Below, one piece after another: positions 10,657 through 22,145 of a DNA stretch of 64,000 nt. The DNA is taken from positions 384,001 to 448,000 of the forward strand of contig CAVPLT010000004.1 of assembly GCA_963706325.1 (NCBI GenBank). The letters run 5' to 3'. This DNA comes from an uncultured Nitrospiraceae bacterium (GTDB lineage Bacteria; Nitrospirota; Nitrospiria; Nitrospirales; Nitrospiraceae). The position numbers and the translations under genes are program-made. The notes beneath the pieces are model-generated. The model was not told the DNA's origin, searched no databases, and saw nothing but the letters and a program-made list of their open reading frames with translations. Every line of letters begins with the position of its first letter. Positions within the stretch are counted from its first letter, which is position 1.

Positions 10657-13467
10657 GTGTCTGACCCAATCCTTCCCGATCCTGTCGCAACTTCAAAGGC
10701 CACGCATCGCTCGACTGCCCCGTGGTTATCTCTTTTCCAACGGCATGCAGCGCTCCTGACCCTGGCCGTTCTCGCGTTGGCCACGGGCCTGCGTATGACC
10801 CTCACGCCCCTTTGGGGCTCGGCCTATACATTCATCACGTATTATCCGGCCATCATGTTCATTGCCGTGGCCTGCGGCTGGCGCTATGGCCTCGGGGCGA
10901 CGCTAGCGTCGGCGTTACTGTCCGCGGGGCTATTTCTCGACGGCACGTTTTTGTTTCGCGAGCAGGGAGTAGCCATAGCCGTCTTTATTGCTGTCAATGT
11001 TGTCATTGTCTTGCTGGGTGAGGGAGTGACACGAGCACGCCAATTGGCGCAGGCGGAGACTTCCTTGGCGCGGACGAATGAGCAACGGATCCGGAGCGAG
11101 ATGCATGCGCGAGCTGAAGTGGAGGCGGCGCTCCGCGCGAGTCAGCGGCAATTACAATTTGTGACGGATCATGCGCCGGTCCTCATCGCTCAATGCGGAG
11201 CGGACGGTTGTTATCGGTACGTCAACCGGCAGTATGCGGCGTTCTTCGGACGAACTCCGCAGGCGCTCATCGGGTTGCATCCGCAGCAAGTGCTTGGACA
11301 AACTGCGTATGAGCAGTCGGCTGCATTCATGAATGAAGCCCTATCTGGCGGGACGGTAAAGTTCGATCAGCAGCTCGTCGACACCGCGTCGGTCGGCCAC
11401 CTCCTCCAGGTGACCTTTGCGCCGGAGTTCAACGAGAAGGGGACGGTGGATGGGTTTATTGCGGTTCTCGTCGAGATTACGGACCGTAGGCAGGCGGAAC
11501 AAGCGCGTGCGACTCTCGCCGCCATCGTCGAGTCCTCGAATGATGCCATTATCGGCAAAAACCTCCACGGCGTGATCACTAGTTGGAACCAGGGGGCGGA
11601 ACGACTTTTTGGTTACACGGCGCGGGAGGCAATCGGTCAATCCGTGACGATGCTCATTCCTTCCGATCGGCTCGACGAAGAGCCCCCGATTTTGGATCAG
11701 ATTCGCCGCGGTAAGGCCATACAAAATTATGAAACGGTGCGACAGTGCAAGGATGGCAAGCTGCGGAATATTTCCTTGACCGTGTCGCCCATTAGAAACG
11801 ACGAAGGCCAGATTGCGGGCGTCTCCACAGTGGCGCGTGACATTACGGAACGTATTCGAGCCGAAGAGGGGCTTCGCGAAAGCGAGGCGCGATATCGGGC
11901 CACCTTCGATAACGCCGCCGTCGGTATTGCGCATGTCGGGCTGGACGGGCGCTGGCTTCGTTTTAACGATGCCACCTGCGCGATCACGGGCTATCCTCGT
12001 GAAGAATTACTGACTAAAACCTTTGCCGACATCACCCACCCGGATGACGTGGACGCAGACTGGTCTGAAGTGCGTCGCCTAGTGGCTGGTGAGACCGACC
12101 GCTTTTCAATGGAGAAGCGATATATTCGGCAAGACGGCTCGCTCATCTGGGTGTGTCTGACTGTCTCGCTTCAACGAGACGCACAAGGACGCGCACAAAA
12201 TTTCATTTCGATCATTCAGAACATTCAAGAACAGAAAGAGACGCAGGCGCAATTGCTACAGTTGGCAGATGACTTGGAACGCAGAGTCATAGCCAGAACC
12301 AGGGAGGTCGCTGTTTCGCAAGAGAAGCTTCGCGCATTGACGACCGATTTACATTTGGCTGAGCATCGCGTGCGACAAAACCTGGCCGTCGATTTGCATG
12401 ATTATTTGGCGCAGCTGCTGGTGTTGAGCCGGATTAAATTGGGACAAGCCAAGCTCGAAGCCGTGACGCCCACGGTCGCCCAGGCGATGACGGAGGTCCA
12501 GGAAGTCATGGACCAAGCCCTGTCCTATACTCGGACATTAGTGGCGGAACTCAGTCCGCCGGTGCTGAATGAATTCGGTCTGCCGATGGCATTGAAATGG
12601 CTTGCGGAGCAGATGCAGCTGCGCGGCCTCACGGTCTCGTTGGAATTGGAGACGACGAATCTACCCTTACCCGAGGACCAATCCGTATTGCTGTTTCAAT
12701 CGGTTCGCGAGCTCTTGATGAATATCCTGAAACATGCCGACACGATGGAAGCGTCAATTGCGATGACGATGGCAGGGGGTATGCTGCGCATTACGGTGTC
12801 CGATCACGGAGCCGGTTACGATGTCGCCGCGGCTGAAACCAGTTTGGAGCGAGGGTTCGGCTTATTCAGCATTCGCGAGCGCATGAAGGCACTTGGCGGA
12901 GGGTTTGAGCTGCAGTCGAAGTTGGGTGAGGGGACGATGGCCACGCTGCTGTTGCCGGTTGATCACTCGATGCTGTCGAATGTCGGGTCGACCGTTGAAC
13001 CAGGATGGAATTTCGAAGGAAGCAACGCCCAACTTGAGAGGGTTGAAGCCGAGATGCCCCTGGTATCTCAGACGAAAAGGTTTCCGCAGCCTTCCGCGGT
13101 ACGAGTGCTGTTAGTGGATGATCATCTCATGCTGCGGCAGGGCCTGAGGACCGTGGTGAACGGGCATCCCAGGCTGGAGGTCGTGGGTGAGGCGGGAGAT
13201 GGTCTGGAAGCCATCGACCTCGCCCGTACGCTCAGTCCGGATGTCGTGGTAATGGACGTCAACATGCCTCGCTGTGACGGCATCACAGCTACACAACGGA
13301 TCAAGCAAGAATTTCCCCACATCAGGATCGTCGCGCTTTCTATGCACAATTCTCCCGATATGGTGGAGCGGATGAAGCAGGCGGGCGCCTCTCACTATCT
13401 CACGAAGGAGAGTGCCGCCGGGCAGCTCTGCAGCGCGATCGTCGATACGATGTCCATCGGTGGCTGA
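10657..13467 (+). CDS. Hybrid sensor histidine kinase (DUF4118-like TM region, 3 PAS, HisKA_3, HATPase, C-terminal REC)
   Basis: SWNQGAERLFGY PAS, R.NLAVDLHD H-box, D.GAG and GFGLFSIRER, RVLLVDDH...MDVNMP. Confidence 0.93.
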   Translation: MSDPILPDPVATSKATHRSTAPWLSLFQRHAALLTLAVLALATGLRMTLTPLWGSAYTFITYYPAIMFIAVACGWRYGLGATLASALLSAGLFLDGTFLFREQGVAIAVFIAVNVVIVLLGEGVTRARQLAQAETSLARTNEQRIRSEMHARAEVEAALRASQRQLQFVTDHAPVLIAQCGADGCYRYVNRQYAAFFGRTPQALIGLHPQQVLGQTAYEQSAAFMNEALSGGTVKFDQQLVDTASVGHLLQVTFAPEFNEKGTVDGFIAVLVEITDRRQAEQARATLAAIVESSNDAIIGKNLHGVITSWNQGAERLFGYTAREAIGQSVTMLIPSDRLDEEPPILDQIRRGKAIQNYETVRQCKDGKLRNISLTVSPIRNDEGQIAGVSTVARDITERIRAEEGLRESEARYRATFDNAAVGIAHVGLDGRWLRFNDATCAITGYPREELLTKTFADITHPDDVDADWSEVRRLVAGETDRFSMEKRYIRQDGSLIWVCLTVSLQRDAQGRAQNFISIIQNIQEQKETQAQLLQLADDLERRVIARTREVAVSQEKLRALTTDLHLAEHRVRQNLAVDLHDYLAQLLVLSRIKLGQAKLEAVTPTVAQAMTEVQEVMDQALSYTRTLVAELSPPVLNEFGLPMALKWLAEQMQLRGLTVSLELETTNLPLPEDQSVLLFQSVRELLMNILKHADTMEASIAMTMAGGMLRITVSDHGAGYDVAAAETSLERGFGLFSIRERMKALGGGFELQSKLGEGTMATLLLPVDHSMLSNVGSTVEPGWNFEGSNAQLERVEAEMPLVSQTKRFPQPSAVRVLLVDDHLMLRQGLRTVVNGHPRLEVVGEAGDGLEAIDLARTLSPDVVVMDVNMPRCDGITATQRIKQEFPHIRIVALSMHNSPDMVERMKQAGASHYLTKESAAGQLCSAIVDTMSIGG

Positions 13468-13711
13468 ACCGGCCTCTCGCATCTAAACATCCATGAGCCT
13501 ATGGACGCCATTCGGGAGCGAGTGCCTATGCCATCACGGTTTGTCGGACAGGTTGAGACGGATAAATGGAGAGAATCCCGCCAGTGAGGGGGAGGATAGG
13601 AACCGCATTCCTATTCTAAAGAGAAAGCCTATCGAATGGTATATCTACCAGGGCGGAGTCGTTCATGACTCCTCCTAAAGGAGTCTTCCCGCGGGAACGG
13701 CCGAGGAAAGA

Positions 13712-14104
13712 TCAGCTGATGCCGTGATGACTCCCAGATTCTAGCGCAAGGGCTTCGGTGATGACGGCAAAGATTTTTTCAGGCACATGCTCTTTCGGTA
13801 GAAAGGCGCTGACGCCAACCGCCAACAGCGCGGCCTCGACGTCTCGGCTGGTATGGCAGGACATGCCGATCACGACGGTATCAGGAAGAAGCGCCCGAAT
13901 GTGGCGGGTCGCCTCGATCCCATCCATGCGCGGCATTCCGACATCCATGAGGACCACGTTCGGACGAAGGCTTTGGGCCAATTGCGCTGCCGAAATCCCA
14001 TCAGCTGCTTCACCGACCACGTGAAAGCCGGGCCGTTTATCTATGATCGTCCGTAAGACGCCTCTGAGCTTCAGATTATCGTCCACCACGAGAACTCCGA
14101 CCAT
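13712..14104 (-). CDS. Stand-alone NarL-type receiver domain protein
   Basis: VLVVDD, VGEAADG, MDVGMPRMDGIEAT; no HTH domain. Confidence 0.88.
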   Translation of the reverse strand: MVGVLVVDDNLKLRGVLRTIIDKRPGFHVVGEAADGISAAQLAQSLRPNVVLMDVGMPRMDGIEATRHIRALLPDTVVIGMSCHTSRDVEAALLAVGVSAFLPKEHVPEKIFAVITEALALESGSHHGIS

Positions 14105-14625
14105 GGTTCACCTCCAGTAGCTGAACAGAAGGCCACAGATCTTACGTTAGCACAAGGCCGAGCCTCGGGCGAATTGAATTGCATAACTCGCCGCAGGGTT
14201 GTCGCCGGAAAACCAGCCTGGCCCATTGAATAGCTCGTCGATATTCAATGTATGCCGGCTATCATCCCTAGAGCATAGTGCTTCGGCAATGGGTGCAGTT
14301 CCCGACGTTCTGCATGACTCATGGGGTGTGGAGTTTCTCATGGAAGCAGCATAGCGCTGAGAGCACTCTGTACTGTGTCGGCTGCTCCTACTCGTTCTTG
14401 ACGCACTTCTCATGTCAGTGTAGGGTCCCACCACAGTGCAGCTGAATCTAGGACCTCGAGCAGGCACAGCCGTCAGCAGGAAGACTTTCGGTCGGAGAAG
14501 AAATACAGTTTTGGCAATGATCCGCCATCGGGAAAATCTCTGAAGGCAGCGATGGTGAACAGGTCACGAGCGACTGAACAGGCGAAACGAAACGTGGGCT
14601 GGGGCGAGAAGGGAAATGGGAAAAG

Positions 14626-15918
14626 ATGGAGATGAGTGAACAACGACCGGTGGTGGCTATTCTAGTCGGGGGCGGGCCGGCGCCGGGAATCAATAGCGTG
14701 ATCGGGGCAGCCACGATTTGTAGCATTCTTGGCGGCTGCGATGTCATCGGCATTTTGGATGGTTTCAAGTGGATCATGGAAGGCAATACGAGCAAGGTCA
14801 AATCGTTATCGATCGAAGACATCAGTCGGATTCACTTCCGGGGAGGGTCCTACCTCGGCACGGCGCGCGCGAATCCCACCCAGAAAATGGATCATCTGGA
14901 TGCCTGTCTTGCATCACTCGCCAAGCTAGGCGTCACCAGGTTGATCACCATCGGCGGCGATGACACGGCGTTTTCAGCCCTCAAATTGGAGCAAAGGGCG
15001 GCCGGCCACCTCCAGGTGGTGCATGTCCCCAAGACGATTGATAACGATCTGGACCTGCCACATGGGATTCCCACCTTCGGGTTTCAAACAGCTCGCCACA
15101 TCGGCGTTGAGCTGGTGAAGAGCTTGATGGTCGACGCCGAGACGACCTCGCGTTGGTACTTCATCGTGACGATGGGTCGGAAGGCAGGACATTTGGCGCT
15201 GGGCATCGGTAAGGCGGCCGGCGCTACGTTGACGCTGATTCCCGAAGAGTTCCGGCACAAGCCCATCCGGCTGGCTACGCTGGTCGACATCCTGGCCGGT
15301 GCGATCATTAAACGGCAGAGCGCCGGGAGATCGGACGGCGTGGCAGTGTTGGCAGAAGGGTTGGTCGAAATCCTCGATCCGCAGGACCTCGAAGGATTGA
15401 AAGATGTGGAACGGGACCAGCATGGCCATGTGCGATTGGCGGAAATCAATTTTGGATTCGTGCTTAAACGGGCGGTCGAACAAACTTTGCGGTCGCTTGG
15501 AATAAAAATTACGGTCGTCGACAAAAATATCGGTTATGAGCTCCGCTGTGCCGATCCCATTTCTTTTGATATGGAGTACACCCGGGATCTCGGATATTGT
15601 GCAGCGCAATTTCTGCTGGAGGAGGGGAATGCCGCCATGGTGTCGATTCAAAATGGCCGGTTTATCCCGATCCCGTTTGAGCACATTTTGGATCCGGCGA
15701 CCGGCCGCACGCGCGTGCGCATGGTGGACGTGGAATCTGAATCGTACATCATTGCCCGCCGATACATGATTCGCCTTGCAGCGTCGGACCTGAATCAGCC
15801 GAAGGAATTGTCCCGCCTTGCGCAGACTGTCGGCCTGTCACCGGAACACTTTCGCCGTCGATTCGACTATCTCATGGACCAGGGACCCGTGAGCCCACCA
15901 GGACCAGTCATCGAATAG
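14626..15918 (+). CDS. pfp: Pyrophosphate-dependent 6-phosphofructokinase
   Basis: GGGPAPGIN, TIGGDDT (Asp, PPi-type), PKTIDND, MGRKAG, GYELRC. Confidence 0.9.
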   Translation: MEMSEQRPVVAILVGGGPAPGINSVIGAATICSILGGCDVIGILDGFKWIMEGNTSKVKSLSIEDISRIHFRGGSYLGTARANPTQKMDHLDACLASLAKLGVTRLITIGGDDTAFSALKLEQRAAGHLQVVHVPKTIDNDLDLPHGIPTFGFQTARHIGVELVKSLMVDAETTSRWYFIVTMGRKAGHLALGIGKAAGATLTLIPEEFRHKPIRLATLVDILAGAIIKRQSAGRSDGVAVLAEGLVEILDPQDLEGLKDVERDQHGHVRLAEINFGFVLKRAVEQTLRSLGIKITVVDKNIGYELRCADPISFDMEYTRDLGYCAAQFLLEEGNAAMVSIQNGRFIPIPFEHILDPATGRTRVRMVDVESESYIIARRYMIRLAASDLNQPKELSRLAQTVGLSPEHFRRRFDYLMDQGPVSPPGPVIE

Positions 15919-15938
15919 CCTGAGAGGCATAGTGTCAC

Positions 15939-16889
15939 GTGATGGACATCACACTCGACAGTGAACTGACGCTCTCGATAGGGAGCCAGCGCGTGGTTGT
16001 CTCGCCTTGGGGCGCTGCCTTGCGGCGGTATTCCGTCACAGCGGGCGATGGGGAGGAGACCGATATCGTCTGGGGTTATTCGGGCGGGGCGCACAAAAAG
16101 GGCGGGCAGGGGGACGTGCTCATTCCATTTCCCGGCCGCGTGGCCGAGGGCCGCTACTCGTTTGACGGACAGCGCTTCCAACTCGAACGAAACGACAAGG
16201 AAGGCCCGAATGCGATCCACGGATTTGTCAGAACCTTGCCTTGGAAGGTCCGTGAAATTCTTCCCAATCGCATCACATTCGAAATGGCTCTCGATGCTGC
16301 AATCTATGGGCGCAAGGGTTATCCATTTTCTCTCGCAATCAGCGTCACGTATGGGTTGGACCATCGTGGTCTGTCCTGCTCGTTCACGGTGCACAACGTC
16401 GGTCAGCAGGCGGCGCCGGTGGGGGTCGGCTTTCACCCCTATTTCACGGTCGGCACTGCGCTGGTCGACGAGGCTGATGCTAAAATTCCATGCGCGGGAT
16501 ATGTAGAGTTCAATGAACGGCTCGTGCCCACGGGAACAATCTTGGACGTGACGGGCAGTGAGTGGGACTATCGCCGCTATCGGCACATTGGCAGCCGACG
16601 GTTCAATCATTGTTATGTGGAACTGGAACGCGATGAGGAAGGAATGGCGACGGCGTCCCTGCGCCATGTAGAGAACGGTCGCACGATCGATATCGTCATG
16701 GACCGCTCATTCTCCGCGATCGTGGTCTACACCGGCGATGCCATCGTCGACGCCCCACGACGTGCGTTGGCCATTGAGCCGATGACTTGCGCAACGGACG
16801 CGTTGAATCATCCCGACTGGGGCTTAAAACGATTGCTTCCAGAAGAAGCGTTTACCGGCCGTTACCTGATACGCTCGCGACGCGACTAG
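15939..16889 (+). CDS. Aldose 1-epimerase family protein
   Basis: LIPFPGR, NAIHG, GYPF, GFHPYF, AIEPMT. Confidence 0.9.
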   Translation: MMDITLDSELTLSIGSQRVVVSPWGAALRRYSVTAGDGEETDIVWGYSGGAHKKGGQGDVLIPFPGRVAEGRYSFDGQRFQLERNDKEGPNAIHGFVRTLPWKVREILPNRITFEMALDAAIYGRKGYPFSLAISVTYGLDHRGLSCSFTVHNVGQQAAPVGVGFHPYFTVGTALVDEADAKIPCAGYVEFNERLVPTGTILDVTGSEWDYRRYRHIGSRRFNHCYVELERDEEGMATASLRHVENGRTIDIVMDRSFSAIVVYTGDAIVDAPRRALAIEPMTCATDALNHPDWGLKRLLPEEAFTGRYLIRSRRD

Positions 16890-17055
16890 ACCGGGCAAAG
16901 ACTCAACCTTCCTCATCTATCCGCCATACGAAAAGTTTGACCAGAGGTGCGTCGCGCTCCTTTAGACGCCGAAACAGGTAGGAAGCTCTTCTGGACATGA
17001 TGATCTATTCTAACGGCCGATTGTGGCGTGCGGTGATCGGCTGGCGCTAGTTGGT

Positions 17056-17916
17056 CTAGGCGTCATTCTCCGTGAGGCAGCGCCCGAGGCCCTGCTGTTC
17101 GGCCAGATGATAAGCATAGTGCAGCGCTGCCAGGTTCGCGACTCGTTCTTCGGCTTCCTCGCGACTATCGGCGTGGATAATGTGCAGGCCGTATCGCGCG
17201 GTCAGCGCATCCAGAAAATCTACCATGCCGTTTTTGTGATACTGGGCTAACCGACCTCCGCCCGTGGTGTATTGGATGGCGCCTTCGATGACGAGGAATC
17301 GATGGGGCACGGCGAGCAGGGGTTCGAGGTCCCGCAGAAATCGCGAACGATTGTCGGAAGGATTTGAGAAGATCGTATTGATCTCTTCCGCCCGCTTGCG
17401 TTCCACGCAAAACACATCAGGGGCTTCGGCGATGGCGTAATCACCCGCCCGCAGCGCCTGTCGCTTGGTGCCGGCGATCCGGACGAGTCCCTTAAACTCA
17501 TACGGCAGGTGTTCGTCAACATCGACGAGCAGATGAATGGCCGGTACCATGATTTTCGGATGGCTGAAGCGAGTCACGTTCAGCATCGTTTGCGGCCCAC
17601 GTAATTCCTGACGGGCTCGCGGGGTTGGCGCCGGACGTGGCGAGGGCGATGATCGAGGGGATGGTGTGCCGGACGGAGTCTGTTGCCTGGCGGAGTCATA
17701 ACGAGTCCGTGCGACGGGATCGCTGAGAGTCTGATAGGCCTGATTGATTAACTGGGTTCGGGCTTCGGCTTTTCGATGTAGGGTCGGCGAATGGACAAAG
17801 CGATCGGGATGCCAAACCTGCATGTGTTCATGCCAGGCTCGTTTAATCTCCGCCTCTGTGGCCGTGGGAGAGAGTTCCAGTACGGCGTAGTAATTAGTGA
17901 TCCGTTCGTCCCGCAT
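17056..17916 (-). CDS. J-domain (DnaJ) / ERCC4-type nuclease domain fusion protein
   Basis: NYYAVL...WHPDRF...INQAY..LSDP..R..YD, Pro-rich linker, then GDY...VERK...LVIEG. Confidence 0.8.
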   Translation of the reverse strand: MRDERITNYYAVLELSPTATEAEIKRAWHEHMQVWHPDRFVHSPTLHRKAEARTQLINQAYQTLSDPVARTRYDSARQQTPSGTPSPRSSPSPRPAPTPRARQELRGPQTMLNVTRFSHPKIMVPAIHLLVDVDEHLPYEFKGLVRIAGTKRQALRAGDYAIAEAPDVFCVERKRAEEINTIFSNPSDNRSRFLRDLEPLLAVPHRFLVIEGAIQYTTGGGRLAQYHKNGMVDFLDALTARYGLHIIHADSREEAEERVANLAALHYAYHLAEQQGLGRCLTENDA

Positions 17917-18092
17917 CGTTACTCCTGTTCACGTGACGAAGTGTAGCGAAGTACACGGGGGAAGCGCTAGATTGAAATGGTCGCGTGAGCGATGAGTGTC
18001 GTCAACGCGGCGCGCCATTGTGCGTGAAAGAGCGGCGGTGTATGGTAGGCCTTTGAACAAATTGATTTCTAATTGCTATCCTCGCGGAGGCG

Positions 18093-19118
18093 ATGCGTAT
18101 GATTCTGGTCACCGGCGGCGCCGGCTATATTGGTTCACATACCTGCGTGGAGCTTCTCAATGCAGGCTCGGAAGTTACGGTCTTCGACAACTTTTCCAAT
18201 AGTCATCCGGAAGCGTTGACCAGGGTGCAGCGAATCACGGGCAAGTCTCTACGCGTGATACGAGGGGACTGCCGTGATCGGGCCGCGCTGGTGGCGGCCT
18301 TGCGTGACAGTGGAGCGACCGCCGTGATTCATTTTGCGGGGCTCAAGGCGGTGGGTGAATCCGTCCAGCAGCCTTTGGCCTATTATGACAATAATGTGGT
18401 CGGTTCCCTGCGCCTACTGGAAGCCATGGGCGAATGTGGCGTGAAACAGTTGGTATTCAGCTCGTCGGCCACGGTGTACGGGGATCCGAAGAAACTGCCG
18501 CTTACGGAGGACCATCCCCTCTCCGCAACGAACCCCTACGGCCAAACGAAATTGATGGTGGAAGAAATTCTGCGTGACCTGCACCGCAGCGACACTTCGT
18601 GGCGGATCGCCATTTTGCGCTATTTCAACCCGGTTGGGGCGCATGCCAGCGGCCTGATCGGCGAAGATCCCCAGGGGATGCCGAATAATTTGCTGCCGTT
18701 CGTGGCACAGGTTGCCGTGGGGCGGCGGGAGTTCCTCAACGTGTGGGGCAACGATTATCCCACCCCCGATGGGACAGGGGTGCGGGATTATATTCACGTC
18801 GTTGACTTGGCGTTGGGGCATCTCAAAGCGCTCGACGGGCTGGTTCGGCTCGACCATCCGGCTGATTGTTTGACGGTCAATCTTGGCACGGGAAACGGAT
18901 ACAGCGTATTGGACATCGTCCGGGCATTTGAAGCGGCCAGCGGCAAGCCCGTTCCCTACAAGGTTGCGCCTCGTCGCCCTGGTGATGTGGCGTCATGCTA
19001 TGCGGATCCGAAACAAGCATTCACATCAATTGGGTGGCGCGCAACGCGTGGGCTCAAGGAGATGTGTGCGGACGCCTGGCGTTGGCAGAGTGCGAATCCA
19101 AAGGGGTACGCAGGCTGA
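18093..19118 (+). CDS. galE: UDP-glucose 4-epimerase
   Basis: [39 protein letters not shown]. Confidence 0.97.
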   Translation: MRMILVTGGAGYIGSHTCVELLNAGSEVTVFDNFSNSHPEALTRVQRITGKSLRVIRGDCRDRAALVAALRDSGATAVIHFAGLKAVGESVQQPLAYYDNNVVGSLRLLEAMGECGVKQLVFSSSATVYGDPKKLPLTEDHPLSATNPYGQTKLMVEEILRDLHRSDTSWRIAILRYFNPVGAHASGLIGEDPQGMPNNLLPFVAQVAVGRREFLNVWGNDYPTPDGTGVRDYIHVVDLALGHLKALDGLVRLDHPADCLTVNLGTGNGYSVLDIVRAFEAASGKPVPYKVAPRRPGDVASCYADPKQAFTSIGWRATRGLKEMCADAWRWQSANPKGYAG

Positions 19119-19420
19119 GGAGCATGGTCCGGCAAGTAATTTTTTGCAACGAGGGTGAGCTGTCGCAGGACCGTTGCCGAAAGATTGGTGCTTCGCCTCT
19201 CGTTGTGGTCACGTTTTCCAATCCATTCTCCAATTGGGCAGGCCTCACCGGCTGTGCCGGTCGCCCTCGCGCTTTGAGCAGCACTGCCGCACTCGCCATT
19301 GAACAACATCAAATCCCGCTGGTGATCGTAACTTCGCATCTCTCTGACTCCCATGCAGTCGGTCGATCGCGTCCCTTTCGGCCGAAGAATGTGTAGAATG
19401 TTGAGACTGGCCGAGCGATC

Positions 19421-20710
19421 TTGCCATTGCTGTCTCACTTTGCCGAGGGGGGAACGATGAGCCACCAAGCGATAGACACACAAAATAGTCAGGGCAGGTG
19501 GCATCGCGCGAAGGATTGCCGCGTGGGGTTGTTGGGTGCCCTCACGCTTCGAGTTCTCATTGCCGGCGTCATCGTGATCGGGGGCATGGTATTAGGGCAA
19601 TGGTCGCCAGTTGCGGCAAGCCATCAAGGGCATGAGCGACATTCCGACGATGAAAACCATGAGCAGAGCGGGCCTGGGCATCCGGTACCCGGTGCATCCT
19701 TCCATGTTTTTGCGGCTCCGGGCAAGACTACAGCCGAAGTGGAAGTGGTTGATCAAGGTGAAATGGAGGCGGCTGTGCAAACCATTATCGATGCTTTCGC
19801 CTTCATGTTGCAGCATCGGACGGACTATCCGCGGTTCGATGAGTCTCTTAAGAAAGACGCGCTCAAACAGGTCGTCATCGAACCCCATGTCCTTAATGAT
19901 GAGGGGAAGGAATTTCCGTTCCTAGTCGCACGGACGAAAGAGCCGGGGCGGGTCACATTGCTGATCAATGGCTCGAGTCTGAACAACAAAGGGTACCTGG
20001 GCCATCCGGACAAACTGGTGCCATTGCTGGCCCGAGAGTTTCAATGGGTCGTCAGCAAAGCGGATACCACGCCGAAGGCCAAAGCCGTCGTGGTTGAACG
20101 CGATCTCGCCCATGCTCCGGTACGTCCGGATCAGGAAATCCTATCCCTCTTGCCCGATGATCGCCTGCAGGTGCTACAAAAGCTTTTCAGCAGCTATCTG
20201 CGCACCGTGGATGAGCAGAAGAGTCTAGAGGGACAGTCCTACTATGAGGTGGGAACCACCAGCTTGGTAGCGCCTTCGCAACCTGATTCTACGACCAAGC
20301 TGTACGACATGCGAGTCCGCGAAGCGCTGCAGAAGATCGTGCGGGATCCTTACTTTGCGGAGAAGACTCCCCAAGCAGTGCGGAGCCTGCTGAATGGAAA
20401 AGTTTGGAACGTGTCGTTCGTGAAAATCGATCAGCGAGATTGGGCCACGCGCACGAGGGTGTTGCCGGAGAACAAATCTGTCCTGGTGGGAGACCACGAT
20501 CGGCGCGTTCAGCCCGCCTCCATTTTGGTGAACACCTATCGAGCGGCTGCGCCGGACGATCCGTTTCATTCGGCCACCAAAGGACTGCCGATGGGGGCGC
20601 TTTCCGCTGACCAGCTGGCACGGGTGATCGCAATGGAAATACAAAGCAACATCACAGAAAAGTCTCAGAGCGGGCATGTGGCCCAGGATGCGCTCACGGC
20701 GCCCCAGTGA
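19421..20710 (+). CDS. Conserved hypothetical exported protein
   Basis: Long ORF with signal/TM segment and His-rich linker; two internally similar halves. Confidence 0.75.
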   Translation: MPLLSHFAEGGTMSHQAIDTQNSQGRWHRAKDCRVGLLGALTLRVLIAGVIVIGGMVLGQWSPVAASHQGHERHSDDENHEQSGPGHPVPGASFHVFAAPGKTTAEVEVVDQGEMEAAVQTIIDAFAFMLQHRTDYPRFDESLKKDALKQVVIEPHVLNDEGKEFPFLVARTKEPGRVTLLINGSSLNNKGYLGHPDKLVPLLAREFQWVVSKADTTPKAKAVVVERDLAHAPVRPDQEILSLLPDDRLQVLQKLFSSYLRTVDEQKSLEGQSYYEVGTTSLVAPSQPDSTTKLYDMRVREALQKIVRDPYFAEKTPQAVRSLLNGKVWNVSFVKIDQRDWATRTRVLPENKSVLVGDHDRRVQPASILVNTYRAAAPDDPFHSATKGLPMGALSADQLARVIAMEIQSNITEKSQSGHVAQDALTAPQ

Positions 20711-21053
20711 GTGTGGTGAGAGGGGGAGCTTTCTGGCTCGGCGAGGATCTCGGTGATCCTGCAGGCGCTGAAGAGCTTGGTTGATTGTAACAATTGATCT
20801 GCTTTGGTTGGCCCGCCGTACTACGGGCAATCCGGACCGCGCCAGGCGGTGGGAGCCCTCCACTTCTTCCACTCGGTAATGAGCAATCGAGCGTAAGATT
20901 TTCGACGCAGTCGCTCACGATGGATCATCGGCAGAGTAGACCGAACAGACCTTGAACACGTACAATGCGCGATTCAGCGCAACCTGAGCCAGGACGGTGC
21001 GAAGGGCAGCGCCATGAGTCGGATACTATCGGAATGACCAGGAAGGGATCGTC

Positions 21054-22145
21054 ATGAGTGTGAAATGTGGAATCGTCGGCTTGCCCAACGTGGGGAAGTC
21101 TACCCTCTTCAATGCCCTCACCAAGTCGGGGATTGCGGCGGAGAATTATCCGTTCTGTACCATCGAGCCGAACATCGGCATTGTGGAAGTGCCTGATGCG
21201 CGGATACAGGCGTTGGCCGATATCGTGTCACCCCAGCGGATGCAGTATGCCACGACGGAGTTCGTCGACATCGCGGGGCTGGTCGCCGGCGCATCGAAAG
21301 GCGAAGGTTTGGGAAACCAATTCTTGGCCAACATTCGTGAGACCGACGGTATTGTGAATGTGGTGCGCTGTTTCGAGGATGATAACGTCGTGCACGTGGC
21401 AGGCAAGGTGGATCCTTTGTCGGACATCGAGACCATTGTCACAGAATTGGCCCTGGCAGACCTCACGACCGTGGAAAAGGCACAGGAGCGTAATCAAAAG
21501 GTCATCCGCTCCGGAGATAAGGACGCCGCGAAACTCGGCGAGTTGTTGGTGCAGGTGGCGGCCTGTTTGAATGAGGGCAAACCGGCGCGCACCTTGAAGT
21601 TCGATCCGGCGCAACGGGCATTGCTCAAACCGCTCTGTCTGCTCACGATGAAGCCGGTGATGTATGTGGCCAACGTAGGCGAGAAGGGCTTCACCAATAA
21701 TCCGCTCCTCACCCGAGTAGAGGAGTATGCGGCGCGGGAAGGCGCGCCGGTCGTGGCGATTTGCGCGGCGCTGGAAGCGGAAATCGCGGTGCTTTCCGAC
21801 GAGGAGAAACGAGAGTTTCTGGTGGATATCGGCATGACCGAACCGGGACTCAATCGGCTGATTCGCGCGGCGTATCAACTGCTAGGCCTACAGACGTATT
21901 TTACGGCGGGCGTGAAGGAAGTCCGCGCCTGGACGATTCATATCGGCGATACGGCCCCGCAGGCGGCGGGGGTCATTCACGGTGACTTCGAAAAAGGCTT
22001 TATCCGCGCGGAAGTCATCGGGTACGACGACTATATCGCCTGTAAGGGAGAAGCGGGCGCCAAAGAAAAGGGAAAGATGCGGCTGGAAGGCAAGGAATAT
22101 GTGGTGCAGAACGGCGATGTGATGCACTTCCGCTTCAACGTCTAG
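21054..22145 (+). CDS. ychF: Redox-regulated ribosome-binding ATPase YchF
   Basis: [32 protein letters not shown]-terminus HFRFNV. Confidence 0.98.
   Translation: MSVKCGIVGLPNVGKSTLFNALTKSGIAAENYPFCTIEPNIGIVEVPDARIQALADIVSPQRMQYATTEFVDIAGLVAGASKGEGLGNQFLANIRETDGIVNVVRCFEDDNVVHVAGKVDPLSDIETIVTELALADLTTVEKAQERNQKVIRSGDKDAAKLGELLVQVAACLNEGKPARTLKFDPAQRALLKPLCLLTMKPVMYVANVGEKGFTNNPLLTRVEEYAAREGAPVVAICAALEAEIAVLSDEEKREFLVDIGMTEPGLNRLIRAAYQLLGLQTYFTAGVKEVRAWTIHIGDTAPQAAGVIHGDFEKGFIRAEVIGYDDYIACKGEAGAKEKGKMRLEGKEYVVQNGDVMHFRFNV

Noticed and set aside
19140..19210. Structured region with a GAAA loop downstream of galE (possible riboswitch)
   Set aside because: Only a partial stem (CAACGAG/CTCGTTG); no convincing match to any riboswitch consensus I know
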